55,342 bases of DNA from a virus (Duplodnaviria > Caudoviricetes), in the IMG/VR virus record IMGVR_UViG_3300029286_000049, positions 1 through 55,342 of that record; one strand, written 5' to 3'. This document shows positions 1 through 9,872 of this stretch, in pieces; position 1 is the stretch's first letter, and every line of letters starts with the position of its first letter. The notes beneath the pieces are model-generated. The model saw only the letters and a program-made list of their open reading frames with translations, had not been told where the DNA came from and made no database searches. A program made the translations under genes and the position numbers.

Positions 1-66
1 TTGCCTGTTTTTCAGACTACCTATAATATAGATAACACGTTTTGCGTCTTTCACTTCTGCGTCCAT
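1..66 (-). CDS. Partial CDS running off the window edge (MDAEVKDAKRVIYIIGSLKNRQ...)
   Basis: ATG at 66 preceded by AGGAG Shine-Dalgarno; frame open to position 1; not in ORF track because truncated. Confidence 0.6.
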   Translation of the reverse strand, partial: MDAEVKDAKRVIYIIGSLKNRQ

Positions 67-109
67 ATAATCTCCTATTTCTAAAATGCTATAATTCCAC
101 ATCGTGATG

Positions 110-120
110 ATTATACCACA
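110..120 (-). promoter_or_regulatory. Sigma70-type extended -10 promoter (TGTGGTATAAT)
   Basis: Perfect TG-n-TATAAT on minus strand upstream of the ATG at 66. Confidence 0.55.
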
Positions 121-152
121 AGAAAAAAGCACTTATACTGCTTCAGTAATAC

Positions 153-185
153 AAAGGGATTTTTAATTTTTCCGCCGAATAAATA
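153..185 (+). promoter_or_regulatory. Putative phage late promoter (AAAGGG-N17-CGAATAAAT)
   Basis: Variant of the AAAGGA-N17-(C)G[AT] motif recurring in about a dozen intergenic regions. Confidence 0.45.
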
Positions 186-191
186 AGGATT

Positions 192-842
192 ATGAATTGG
201 TATAAGAACATTAAGATAGCAGTTCCTCTTCCCGAAGCGACTTGGAGTCAAGAAAATCAACCTTCAGGTACTTCAGGAATTCGTGCTGTCAACAAATATA
301 TGACGGAAGAAGATGCTAAAAAACAAACAGAGAAACACCCTGGACTCGCTTTGTTAGGTGGAGGGTCATATGGTATAGCCTATTCTAAAGGAGATGTCGC
401 CGTAAAATATACAACAGACAAATCGGAAGTTCAATCAGCGAAAATTATTTTTCAAAAACAAAATGGTAAACCCTTGCCAGGGATAGTCCAAGTATTTGAC
501 ATAGAAAAAGTCAATGAAATGGTATTTTCTATAATAATAGAAAAAGTCAACCCAGTACCAAAAAATGAAATAAAGATACTGTCCATTCTTTTATGGAATA
601 GAGACATGCTACCAAATATAAGAAACAACATGAATTACTATGAAAAGATAAATAAAGATTTGAATAGTAGCGGAATTAATACAAATGCCTCAGATGACCT
701 AGACAATGTTATTGATAAGGCTTCAATACTAACGCAAAACATCATAGGTATTGGAGGATCCTTGGAAGATTTACACACACAAAATGTAGGATGCCGCAAA
801 ACTGGAGAATATGTAATCTTGGATTTAGGTGGGCTATTCTAA
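192..842 (+). CDS. Protein kinase-like enzyme with MNWYK leader
   Basis: Gly-loop LGGGSYG, VAVKY lysine, helix-C Glu, catalytic DLHTQN and DLG motifs. Confidence 0.8.
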   Translation: MNWYKNIKIAVPLPEATWSQENQPSGTSGIRAVNKYMTEEDAKKQTEKHPGLALLGGGSYGIAYSKGDVAVKYTTDKSEVQSAKIIFQKQNGKPLPGIVQVFDIEKVNEMVFSIIIEKVNPVPKNEIKILSILLWNRDMLPNIRNNMNYYEKINKDLNSSGINTNASDDLDNVIDKASILTQNIIGIGGSLEDLHTQNVGCRKTGEYVILDLGGLF

Positions 843-1498
843 TGAACTGGTATAAGACAATAAAAATAGCAATCCCATTGCCAGACGCAATGTGGGAAAA
901 TCCTGATGTAATACAATACCCAAAAGGCGGTGTCAAAAAAGTCAATGACAATATGACAAACGAAGAAGCTGCAAAACAAACTAAAAAACATCCAGGCTTA
1001 AGAGGATTAGACTTCGGAGAAAATGGAGTAGCCTTCACGAAAAGCGATAAACGCGGAGACGTAGTAGTCAAATATACTACAGATAGAACCGAACTTATCT
1101 CCGCTCAAAAACTTCTTCAGCTTCAAAAAGGTAAACCTTTGCCAGGTATAGTCCAAGTATTCAGCGTAGAACAAATTAACCCAAAAACGTTTGCATTAGT
1201 ATTAGAGAGAGCCAACCGAATACCTAGAAATGAAGTACACTATGCCAGAACTATTCTGCAAAGACTCTTATGGAACGAAAGTATACCAAGACAAACTCTC
1301 ATAGTAGATCTTTCTCAAAAACTACAAACTGGCATGAATGAGCCTCTATTCCTGTCTGTATTCGGCAAAGTAGAAACATTAATCAAAAACGTTAGAGCGA
1401 TAAGAGGCTCTACACAAGAACTTCATTCTATGAATATAGGCACTCGTAATACCGGCGAATACGTTTTACTTGATGTAGGAGGACTCTTCTGGAATTAA
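842..1498 (+). CDS. Kinase-like paralog (catalytic Asp replaced by Glu), MNWYK leader
   Basis: True start is ATG 842 (TAATG overlap with previous stop; MNWYKTIKIA aligns to paralog); VVVKY, ELHSMN, DVG motifs. Confidence 0.78.
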   Translation: MNWYKTIKIAIPLPDAMWENPDVIQYPKGGVKKVNDNMTNEEAAKQTKKHPGLRGLDFGENGVAFTKSDKRGDVVVKYTTDRTELISAQKLLQLQKGKPLPGIVQVFSVEQINPKTFALVLERANRIPRNEVHYARTILQRLLWNESIPRQTLIVDLSQKLQTGMNEPLFLSVFGKVETLIKNVRAIRGSTQELHSMNIGTRNTGEYVLLDVGGLFWN

Positions 1499-2343
1499 GG
1501 CGCAATCTGAATCGTCCAGAAGTCACAAGCCATATTCGGATTTAATACATACTCGTAAGGAATATAATACAAACCGTTATTGCCCCACTTATTACCCCAA
1601 GAATTGCACCCTACAAAGAACTTCTTTCCAGTATTAGTTCTGTCATACCCACAAAGAAACGTAGCATGACCTCCAATCATCTTCTCTCCTTTCAATGGCA
1701 TAGGAACAATGCCAGTCTTTGCCACAGCAGCAGACATAAAGCTCTCATATACAGCAATACCATATACGATAGGATAGCCCCTATTTAAACTGCCCTCAAT
1801 AAAGAAATCAGATTGTGGTAAACAAGCATAAAATACTTTGCCCGTCTTAGTCATATTCGTGAGCATATTCTTCTTAGCTTCATTATAAGAAGCAGCAGAT
1901 GGCTTTACAGCGAACTTCTTGATGTCATATGCCCACAAGCTCTCATGACAAATACCAGTCTTGTTCATAACCTTGAAGGCATTTCTGATCTGACATCCAG
2001 TATCAGATTTCACAGTATTCTCGATAACGCGAGTATTGTAATACCCAAACAATCTAGAAAGCATATAACTCTTGCCAGGGTTTAGCTTCCTATAAGTGAA
2101 CTCATAAACACCGGCAGAAGCATTCCATACACAACATCCTAATGTGCTTTGATCCCATCTTGGAAGCTTCTGTGTAGCCATTACTGGCGTTAAATCTGCT
2201 TTTGGAGGCCAAGGCGTGGCAGTCATAGGCATATCCCCAAGAGAGAATTGCATATCTCTAATATCAGGGACATCAGGAACCCAACCGAATAAGTTGTTAG
2301 GGGTCTTTCTAAATACGTTAATCAAATTGTCATAAAGTCCCAT
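1495..2343 (-). CDS. Papain-like (C1 family) cysteine protease
   Basis: Q..LGCC, GGHA and NSWG..WG..G catalytic motifs; N-terminal GWVPD.PD.RD typical of bacterial C1A proteases. Confidence 0.9.
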   Translation of the reverse strand: MGLYDNLINVFRKTPNNLFGWVPDVPDIRDMQFSLGDMPMTATPWPPKADLTPVMATQKLPRWDQSTLGCCVWNASAGVYEFTYRKLNPGKSYMLSRLFGYYNTRVIENTVKSDTGCQIRNAFKVMNKTGICHESLWAYDIKKFAVKPSAASYNEAKKNMLTNMTKTGKVFYACLPQSDFFIEGSLNRGYPIVYGIAVYESFMSAAVAKTGIVPMPLKGEKMIGGHATFLCGYDRTNTGKKFFVGCNSWGNKWGNNGLYYIPYEYVLNPNMACDFWTIQIAP

Positions 2344-2355
2344 AATCTTTCTCCT

Positions 2356-2805
2356 TTAACCTATTCCGTAAATCGCCGTAATCTTCCTAAATCTCCTTCT
2401 AAGAGCTGAAATCATTTTCTTCGTTTCTGGATATGCTTGTATAAGATCCTTCTCTGATAATACTTTGCCTATATTCTTGGGAATTGCAATAGTAATTATA
2501 CCAAGAGTAGAATCATATCTGCCTTTAAAACTGCGCCCAATTACATTATGACCAAAAGCAGTTCCATGAGTTTTCCCCCTATCGACAAACAGGTTAGAGC
2601 CATCCCACCACCAAACATGCATTTTCTTTTCTCTCTCGCTTTCGTCATCATTCCCCATGTGGTATAAGTCAAACATATATCTTGATTGCTCATATTCTTC
2701 GATCCCATAATCATCTGTGTATAAGCCAATAGCCTTAGATAACTCATTAGGCTCTGGATGAGATCTGATTAGCTCTTGCTGTTGTGCTATCTTATACCAA
2801 TTCAT
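2356..2805 (-). CDS. Hypothetical protein with MNWYK leader
   Basis: ORF coupled by TAATG; starts MNWYKIAQ. Confidence 0.7.
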   Translation of the reverse strand: MNWYKIAQQQELIRSHPEPNELSKAIGLYTDDYGIEEYEQSRYMFDLYHMGNDDESEREKKMHVWWWDGSNLFVDRGKTHGTAFGHNVIGRSFKGRYDSTLGIITIAIPKNIGKVLSEKDLIQAYPETKKMISALRRRFRKITAIYGIG

Positions 2806-3689
2806 TATTTCTCCACAGCAGATGATGCTGCACTATAGACAGGATTTTTCAAACTTTCAAGAGGCTTAATAATCTTCCCATAATCACGGGGAAAATACGG
2901 TCTGCCTTCGTTTCTACGCTTTCTTATTTCGGCATAAGGAATAACTCTAGAATAAATAAGATTTTCTTGCTCCTCTACCTTCTCTACATTTTCGAGACCT
3001 AAACGTAGTGCCGTTCTAAGCTCTCCAGATCCCTGTTGCACAAAAGTTTCATCATCTACCATATCATCAATAGTTTTCCATCCATTCAAATCATCTTTAA
3101 AGTTTTCAAAATCTTCCTCTTTAATATGTCTATCAAGGTTTGTAATTACGTCAACTATTGCTTTAACTACAGCATTATGACCAAGATGCGCTACTCCTTT
3201 GACTGCATTTTTTATGTAGTTATGGACTTGATCTATATTGCTACTTTGATTCCTGGCAGAAAAAGAATTTTGATAGTCAATCCAATCAAAGTATTTCTGT
3301 TGTTTTATATTGTATGTAGTAGAAGATGGATCATAAGGAGCGTTATATTCATGAGTGGAAAAGAATAGTTTTTTGTCTGGGTTGAATGATGGATCTGGCT
3401 TCTTAACTGCTAATTTTTTCTTGGCTAATCCAATACCAAGCTGTACTTCTGCTAATGTGTAAAGTGGGACATTAACTGTCATTAAACAATGACCATATTC
3501 CGATGCATACGATTGATCTTGAGAAAAGCAAGTACCATGCGGGATATATTTAGACATGGCATACCATTTCCAGTGTAAAGGTTTTACGCCTCTGTAAAGA
3601 GTTATAACAGCAGAGACATCAGCCTTCAAAGCCTGATAAATGGCTTCAGCATCTATAGACGCCTCTTTCTGTATGTGATACCAATTCAT
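2805..3689 (-). CDS. Putative ADP-ribosyltransferase-fold protein with MNWYH leader
   Basis: TLYRG strand, FSQDQSYASEYG segment and later GE, resembling R-S-E ART folds; GGAG SD. Confidence 0.5.
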   Translation of the reverse strand: MNWYHIQKEASIDAEAIYQALKADVSAVITLYRGVKPLHWKWYAMSKYIPHGTCFSQDQSYASEYGHCLMTVNVPLYTLAEVQLGIGLAKKKLAVKKPDPSFNPDKKLFFSTHEYNAPYDPSSTTYNIKQQKYFDWIDYQNSFSARNQSSNIDQVHNYIKNAVKGVAHLGHNAVVKAIVDVITNLDRHIKEEDFENFKDDLNGWKTIDDMVDDETFVQQGSGELRTALRLGLENVEKVEEQENLIYSRVIPYAEIRKRRNEGRPYFPRDYGKIIKPLESLKNPVYSAASSAVEK

Positions 3690-3714
3690 TACTATTTCTC
3701 CGCTTAATATATCT

Positions 3715-3746
3715 CTATTTTCGCGCAGAAAAAGAAAGAATCCTTT
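3715..3746 (-). promoter_or_regulatory. Putative late promoter (AAAGGA-N17-CGAAAATAG)
   Basis: Recurring intergenic motif. Confidence 0.5.
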
Positions 3747-3758
3747 AAGAGAATGAAA

Positions 3759-4730
3759 TCATTCCCCTATTTTATACATCATCGATGGATGTATAAACGG
3801 TCTTATCATATCTATCAAATGCCTACTTGAGTCCACAGTTAAGGAAAGATAATGTTGTTTATAAGTAAACTCTTTACGCTTTTTCTCTATCAGTCTAGCA
3901 TCCATATTGAATTTCTCGATAAAAAGCCTTTGGCATAATAGAGCATCTTCATAATATAGTCCTTCTATATGGAATCTAGACTGGTTTCCATCGCTAAATG
4001 AACCATCATCCATATACCAGTATGCTAGTCCCTCAGTGTCTAAGTTAGACATTAAGTATTCTAATGGAAATACTTTGCGATCTATCGGGTAGAATATACT
4101 TTTAATGTTTTCTATAAACTTGTTTGTCCCAGTCGTAAATCTCAAACCAAAACATATATTACCATAAGGGTCAGTCCCTATAGTATGCTGAAATGCCCCA
4201 GAATGTATCCTATCTAGTCTGCCCATTTTGTGAAAGAAATACTCTGATTGTTTATCAGAATGGGTACACCCATAAGCATTGCTATCTGTAATGCCGCCAT
4301 CACCCAAAAGGCTACCGGTTATTACTTGTTTCTCTCTGCTATCAAGATCAATGTCATAATACTTAAAGGCATCAGTATGGCTTTGTTCTTTACTCAAGCC
4401 TAGCTCTTTAAATCTGCGTTTAACAACAATTATGCTACACCCTACTTTCTCAGCTATCTCCTCATATGTCATCCCTTTAGATATGAACATTTCTGCTTCT
4501 GATAACTCTATATTATACTTCCTGTTTTTAGAAGCGTTCTTATTAGATTTAGTAGGTGTTCTATTTTCTATCCCAAACTTTTTACGTTTTCTCCATATTA
4601 CAGTTTTAGAAGGCATGCTATATTTGTCTGCAATCTGACCATCTGTTAAGCCATTTTTTACATATTCTTCTTCTAAAAGCTCTTTCGTTAAAAAATCATA
4701 TCTGTGAATACTTTCATATCTTTTATTCAT
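3759..4730 (-). CDS. Free-standing LAGLIDADG homing endonuclease with N-terminal HTH repeats
   Basis: ITGSLLGDG and LAYWYMDDG motifs; C-terminal IRPFIHPSMMYKI; two HTH-like segments. Confidence 0.88.
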   Translation of the reverse strand: MNKRYESIHRYDFLTKELLEEEYVKNGLTDGQIADKYSMPSKTVIWRKRKKFGIENRTPTKSNKNASKNRKYNIELSEAEMFISKGMTYEEIAEKVGCSIIVVKRRFKELGLSKEQSHTDAFKYYDIDLDSREKQVITGSLLGDGGITDSNAYGCTHSDKQSEYFFHKMGRLDRIHSGAFQHTIGTDPYGNICFGLRFTTGTNKFIENIKSIFYPIDRKVFPLEYLMSNLDTEGLAYWYMDDGSFSDGNQSRFHIEGLYYEDALLCQRLFIEKFNMDARLIEKKRKEFTYKQHYLSLTVDSSRHLIDMIRPFIHPSMMYKIGE

Positions 4731-4764
4731 AATTATCTCCTATATAATAGATACCTAAACCATA

Positions 4765-4797
4765 TTATATATCGGATAATTTTGCAAAACATCCTTT
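4765..4797 (-). promoter_or_regulatory. Putative late promoter (AAAGGA-N17-CGATATATAA)
   Basis: Recurring intergenic motif. Confidence 0.5.
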
Positions 4798-4819
4798 AAA
4801 TTATAAAATAAGTCTGAAA

Positions 4820-6103
4820 TTAGCTGCCACTATTAGTTCCGAACAAATATCTAAACCAGCGTGACCTCCCACCCGGCAATGTAAACTCTGGTACTACGAT
4901 ACTTCTCGTCAAACCGACATAAGGACCGAGCTTTTTGTTATTGAAGATGATCTTGCAATCTTCTTCATAGTTCTTCTTAAGTGACTCGAAGCCAGAGAAA
5001 GCATTCTTCGCCAATTCGCTACCACCAAACACCTGTTGCGGCTGCTGGAATTGAAGGGAGAAAAGCAGTTTTCTTAACGCGTCTGTAGCTGCTCTATAAA
5101 CGATACCTGGAATCCACTTATCATTGATAGACTTGACTGTATATCTTGAATGAGGAGGATAAGTATTAAATACGCCTACTGCCTGCGTTAGAAACATAGC
5201 CAAATCCGAATCAGAGAACCACCTAAAATTGTAATCGCAATTGACTACATCATAGCTTGTCAATGCCTTCTCAAAGGTAATTGTCCCCTTAAAGAAATCT
5301 ACTCTGATACCTTGAGTGACGGGTTGAGTATTAAGATAAACTTTTGTTCCTGCGCCCTGATTCCATCTTGGGAATGAGAAGTAGAATGTCTTATTATCGC
5401 TTGATGGTCTTGCCTGTTCATAAAGCACTGGAATACATTGAGCGCTTTCTATGTAAGATTCTAATACTGCTACTTGTTCTGGATATACCTTATCGTATAC
5501 CTTTGTATCTGTCTTTTCGACTACGGCAAGGTTTTGAACGAATGTAGTAGGTATTCCGTCTACGTTATAAAGCCATGTAGCAAGATACTGTCCAGATGGA
5601 GTAGTAGTAGAAATTGGCTCCCACGAATATGCGTAATAGCCTGGCTTTATGATTTTAGGAACGCCTTCGTCTATAACGTCTCCATCTGAGTTTGTTATTG
5701 TCACTGAAAGATTATCTGCATAGACTGGCATACCGTCCAAACGCGATGTCTTCATGAACATAATTGATTGTTCATCTTGTTCGAAATTGCCAGCAAAATC
5801 TGAGCAGGAATAGGAGTTTAGAACATCAGAAAATGGTCCTATCTGTTGAGTGACATATTTTGGATCGTCTGTTTCTTTTGGAAGGATCTCCCATGAAACG
5901 ACATAAACAATGTCATTTTCTGCATCAAAAGATTTCTCGTATCTTCCTGTAGATGGGTTAGTCACTGAAGTCCCGCTTGGAATAACAACAGTTCCGTTGC
6001 TTTCTTTGATACCGAAAGTCCCGTCTTCTGACGCTAGCTGTACTTGGTAGGCATCTGCAAGTTCGCCATTCTCTTTGTAATATATGTATACTTTCTTTGA
6101 CAT
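4820..6103 (-). CDS. Putative neck/head-completion structural protein with N-terminal beta-sandwich domains
   Basis: Beta-rich N-terminal half; helical C-terminal FSDSDLAMFL..A...FN..PP segment reminiscent of head-tail adaptors; structural context. Confidence 0.5.
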   Translation of the reverse strand: MSKKVYIYYKENGELADAYQVQLASEDGTFGIKESNGTVVIPSGTSVTNPSTGRYEKSFDAENDIVYVVSWEILPKETDDPKYVTQQIGPFSDVLNSYSCSDFAGNFEQDEQSIMFMKTSRLDGMPVYADNLSVTITNSDGDVIDEGVPKIIKPGYYAYSWEPISTTTPSGQYLATWLYNVDGIPTTFVQNLAVVEKTDTKVYDKVYPEQVAVLESYIESAQCIPVLYEQARPSSDNKTFYFSFPRWNQGAGTKVYLNTQPVTQGIRVDFFKGTITFEKALTSYDVVNCDYNFRWFSDSDLAMFLTQAVGVFNTYPPHSRYTVKSINDKWIPGIVYRAATDALRKLLFSLQFQQPQQVFGGSELAKNAFSGFESLKKNYEEDCKIIFNNKKLGPYVGLTRSIVVPEFTLPGGRSRWFRYLFGTNSGS

Positions 6104-6591
6104 TATTCAGTTCCAGTTTCTATCTCTATAATAGGGTCTTCGTTATCTAAGCCTGTTTTGACTTCTATTACGTCTCCGCTGTTTTCTTCGTTTATCTCGT
6201 TCTGAGCTATCTTACTTTGTGGGTCTTCTGTCCCTGTTTCTACTTCGATAGACGCTCCTGTATCTTGATGTACTACACTATTAACATTATACTTTTCTGA
6301 TGAATGTCCTACATTAATCTCTAGTTCTTCTTTAGCGAGATTAAGGTCTTCTGGATTTATGGAGGTAAAAGCGAGTATACTAGATGGATTTGCGTAGAAT
6401 TTTATTCCTCCGCGAAAATTATCTGGGAATTGGTCATATCGCCATAAATAGTTTCCATTGCCTATCTCTTTGAATCCATCGGATATAGGATCCATATAAT
6501 TTTCTCCATATTCATCTGTTAGCTGTGCAACAAGAGATAAAGAGACTTTAGAAGAACCAAGAGACAAAGAGATACATAGTGTAAAACTCAT
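6103..6591 (-). CDS. Hypothetical structural protein with acidic C-terminal IEVxTG repeats
   Basis: Coupled ORF; IEVETG/IEVKTG/IEIETG repeats. Confidence 0.6.
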   Translation of the reverse strand: MSFTLCISLSLGSSKVSLSLVAQLTDEYGENYMDPISDGFKEIGNGNYLWRYDQFPDNFRGGIKFYANPSSILAFTSINPEDLNLAKEELEINVGHSSEKYNVNSVVHQDTGASIEVETGTEDPQSKIAQNEINEENSGDVIEVKTGLDNEDPIIEIETGTE

Positions 6592-8390
6592 TATATTACG
6601 CCTCCATAACCAGATATTTTGTTTCTTACTTTTACATAAGAATATAAATTACCAGTTGCGTTAGTCATTGTAACTCTAATTTTTAATATTCTATCACAAG
6701 TTGAGGCAGTTGGGGTATAGCTTAATGATAATGTTTGGTTGTTTGTGTTATCTGCCATTGCTACGCTAGTTAATACTGTACCACCCCAATTTGGATCATA
6801 ATAAGGGTCAATAATTTGTAAAGTTGGTATTGATGTCATAGAATTGACAGTCTTATTGCAATACCAATCTATTGTAATTTTTCTTCCCTGATAAGCATAA
6901 ACATCTATGTCATGATAAAGCGGATAGGTAGCTGTAACTGGCAAATATTTAATTACCTTATTGCCGTAGGTAGAGAAATAGGGGTCTCCAGCAGTGGCAC
7001 TCTGCATAGTGCCAGCGTACATCCAACCCTTGAAAGCCCCTGAAACCCCACCAAGATCGTATAACCATATATAGTTATTATTAGGAGCAGAGTTGGGAGA
7101 TGAGGCTTCATTCACAACATATATTGTTTGTGTTGATGAATTGAGTGAGCTACCTCTACCTGTAATCCTACTCGGCAGATAAACGTCATATGTATTAGCC
7201 AATGCTCCTGCGCCACCAACAACACAATCATACAAGACAATATCCGTTTGGTATATTCCTCTATTATTGCCTTGAATTGTACAAGATTTAAATATCCCCG
7301 CGCCTGAGCCAATACCATAAGTGCTTCCGACGATTGTGCAATTGTAGAAAGTATTAACATTCTGGTTGCCAGTTAGTGCTGTTGAACAGCCAGAAACTAT
7401 ACAATTTTTGAAATAACTTTGTAAGTTATTATATAATCCTGCATTTCCGCAGCCTGAGACTATTGCTCCATCGCAGGTTAAACCATAATTGGTCATTATA
7501 CCAGAACCAATATGCGTGACTATTCCATTGAATGTTCCTCCACGCCATGCATAAACACCTTGCGAAGTAGCTCCACCAGTTCCACAAATAATTCCATGAT
7601 TGCATGTTGTGTTATATAATAGATATGTTAAGGATATAGAACTGGAAGTCCCTTGCCCTGACACTTCACAATCTACCTGTGATGCACCCATTGTAGCCGA
7701 GCCATAAAGATGGTTTGTTGTACTACCAGTTACTCTGATACTTCTCGACACTAATATAACTAATGTGCCAGCTATTTTCGCTGCGACTAAACCACTGGGT
7801 AATGTAATTGTTGATGCACCGGGATTAGTCCCTAATGTAAATAGTTCACTATCATTTACTTTATTTATATTATCAACACATATCCTATCGCCGGATAGCC
7901 ATGCGTTTCCATCCCTTAAATCGCAAGCAGAATCGTCAAGATTGACAACAGATAACGAAGTTGCTCCCAATGCAGCAGGGGCAGATAGTTTTACCACTTT
8001 AATAGTCGGGGCAGCACACCAAAACTGAATGTTTCCAACGCCAAATGAAATTGTGTTGGCAGTTGAGAACCGTATCTCTGAGCGTAAATTATATGGATAT
8101 GGAGATAAACTTGTTCCTGCTCTTAATGTCCCGTTAAGGCTTATGTTAAATGCCCCCATTTTTAATATGCAGGATGTTGTAGTGTCAAACTTTAGTTCCG
8201 CCCCTGCTACTATTGTAAATAAACCCCATCCGTTCGCCTGCGCAGAATTATTTACGTCATAAGTGACTGTGTGCCCATTGGCAATTGTTATTGTTTTAAG
8301 ATTGTCAGTAGTTGGATTTGGGGCAACCCCACCGACCCATGTTGCGCCCGCCGAAAATGCTCCTGAAGTTGTGCTTGTGAAATCTGCCAT
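6591..8390 (-). CDS. G8-like domain plus parallel beta-helix protein (tailspike/fibre-associated adhesin candidate)
   Basis: N-terminal TW.GG.AP...TI..GHTVTYD; repeated xxxCxxxG/N beta-helix rungs. Confidence 0.6.
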   Translation of the reverse strand: MADFTSTTSGAFSAGATWVGGVAPNPTTDNLKTITIANGHTVTYDVNNSAQANGWGLFTIVAGAELKFDTTTSCILKMGAFNISLNGTLRAGTSLSPYPYNLRSEIRFSTANTISFGVGNIQFWCAAPTIKVVKLSAPAALGATSLSVVNLDDSACDLRDGNAWLSGDRICVDNINKVNDSELFTLGTNPGASTITLPSGLVAAKIAGTLVILVSRSIRVTGSTTNHLYGSATMGASQVDCEVSGQGTSSSISLTYLLYNTTCNHGIICGTGGATSQGVYAWRGGTFNGIVTHIGSGIMTNYGLTCDGAIVSGCGNAGLYNNLQSYFKNCIVSGCSTALTGNQNVNTFYNCTIVGSTYGIGSGAGIFKSCTIQGNNRGIYQTDIVLYDCVVGGAGALANTYDVYLPSRITGRGSSLNSSTQTIYVVNEASSPNSAPNNNYIWLYDLGGVSGAFKGWMYAGTMQSATAGDPYFSTYGNKVIKYLPVTATYPLYHDIDVYAYQGRKITIDWYCNKTVNSMTSIPTLQIIDPYYDPNWGGTVLTSVAMADNTNNQTLSLSYTPTASTCDRILKIRVTMTNATGNLYSYVKVRNKISGYGGVI

Positions 8391-8391
8391 A

Positions 8392-8571
8392 TTATCCTAT
8401 ATTATTTTCTATATTCTCCTCTTTCTCCATTTCAGAATCTAGTCTATCACATTCTTGCAAAGTATTTTCTGGCTTTTCGGGAAAATGGAAAATATGCCAT
8501 TTCCCATTATTTCTGATTATTTCCGCATCCCATCCATCCGGAGCTTCTCTAAAGTCTATTATTTTAATCAT
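8392..8571 (-). CDS. Small 59-aa protein (MIKIIDFREAPDGWDAEIIRNNGKWHIFHF...), missed by ORF track
   Basis: ATGA overlap with upstream stop at 8568; TAA at 8392-8394, one base before next ATG; fills the gap exactly. Confidence 0.7.
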   Translation of the reverse strand: MIKIIDFREAPDGWDAEIIRNNGKWHIFHFPEKPENTLQECDRLDSEMEKEENIENNIG

Positions 8572-9848
8572 TTAGTATATCCTAATGTCATAATAATTTT
8601 AGTAGCCAAACTATTTGCTACTACGTTGAAACCTAAAACATCTCCACTATCCACTGTTGTTGACCATCCAGTTAAAGTTGAATCCGCTCCTCTAACGCCA
8701 GATACCATAATATAGTTGCCAGATGTAATAGATGCCGAAGGCGTAGCGGGTGGGCTATATGCCCCGCCGCCGCATTTCAGTATATCAACTGTGGTCACGG
8801 TTGTTGAATCCGACAATATAGTGTAATTATTTATCGTTAAGTTATAAGGAATTGGAAGATAGAAATTAGAATTACCAGAAGAAAAAACCTCTCCGTTTCC
8901 GTCTATTGTGTAATTTATAAAACCAGCACTCAGTCCGGAATATCCGCTATAACCAGACCATCCGCTCCATCCTGATTCTCCATTTTCCCCGTTAATGCCG
9001 CTGAATCCAGATGCACCAGATTCCCCTTCGGCACCTGAAAATCCGCTAAAACCAGAATCGCCATTAGATCCAGAGAAACCAGATACGCCGCTCCATCCAG
9101 AGAATCCGCTTACCCCGTCTGTTCCATCATGACCATCAAGTCCACTCAACCCAGAATATCCGCTAAATCCTGATTCTCCATTTATTCCATCAAGACCAGA
9201 ATACCCACTCCATCCGCTTTCCCCATTTAGACCAGAGAAGCCAGATTCTCCGCCCCACCCAGAGAAACCAGATATCCCATCTATGCCAGAAAGCCCGCTT
9301 TCACCAGACCAACCGCTAAAACCAGATATGCCATCAAGCCCGTTTATCCCAGACCATCCAGAGAGTCCATCAATCCCAGACCATCCGCTATAGCCAGACC
9401 ATCCGGATTCGCCATCAATACCGTTAATGCCTGAGAAACCAGAATAGCCGCTTATTCCATTAAGTCCATTTGCCCCGCTAAAACCAGACCATCCAGATGG
9501 TCCGTCAAGACCATTAAATCCATTCGCCCCTGAAAAGCCAGATATGCCATTAAAACCAGACTCTCCGCTCCACCCAGAGAAACCAGATATCCCATCTGAT
9601 CCATTTATCCCGTTAAGACCAGAAAATCCGCTTAAACCAATACCTGATTCACCGGACCATCCAGACCATCCGCTTATTCCGGATTCTCCTCTCTCTCCAG
9701 ACCATCCAGAATAGCCGCTAGTACCGGCGTTTATCCCATTAATCCATTTTTCGCCATCAAAAACAGCAATCTCTCCAGCTAGTGGATTAGAAACGTTAAC
9801 ATCTGATAGCTCGCTAAATAGATCTATTACTCGTATTGCTTGTGGCAT
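8568..9848 (-). CDS. Collagen-like (Gly-X-Ser) fibre protein with C-terminal globular domain
   Basis: Long Gly-X-Y tract; N-terminal LSDV...GEIAVFDG.KW.N trimer motif typical of phage fibres. Confidence 0.85.
   Translation of the reverse strand: MPQAIRVIDLFSELSDVNVSNPLAGEIAVFDGEKWINGINAGTSGYSGWSGERGESGISGWSGWSGESGIGLSGFSGLNGINGSDGISGFSGWSGESGFNGISGFSGANGFNGLDGPSGWSGFSGANGLNGISGYSGFSGINGIDGESGWSGYSGWSGIDGLSGWSGINGLDGISGFSGWSGESGLSGIDGISGFSGWGGESGFSGLNGESGWSGYSGLDGINGESGFSGYSGLSGLDGHDGTDGVSGFSGWSGVSGFSGSNGDSGFSGFSGAEGESGASGFSGINGENGESGWSGWSGYSGYSGLSAGFINYTIDGNGEVFSSGNSNFYLPIPYNLTINNYTILSDSTTVTTVDILKCGGGAYSPPATPSASITSGNYIMVSGVRGADSTLTGWSTTVDSGDVLGFNVVANSLATKIIMTLGYTK
8928..9725 (-). repeat. About 88 Gly-X-Y triplets (GFS/GWS/GYS/GES/GIN/GLD)
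   Basis: Degenerate 9-nt periodicity; one G-I-G interruption; a single Pro. Confidence 0.9.
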
Positions 9849-9872
9849 ATTATGTACCTAAAGGATATCCCT

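Noticed and set aside
791-841. Upstream start of second kinase given in the ORF track
   Set aside because: Overlaps the previous gene; paralog alignment and TAATG coupling place the start at 842
3690-4819. Group I intron around the LAGLIDADG genes (also 26743..27993)
   Set aside because: Flanking genes are complete, gaps are too short for a ribozyme core, and each endonuclease has its own SD and promoter-like motif
8928-9725. CRISPR array or DGR-like repeats
   Set aside because: Repeats are degenerate 9-nt codon periodicity within an ORF; no spacers, cas or reverse transcriptase genes
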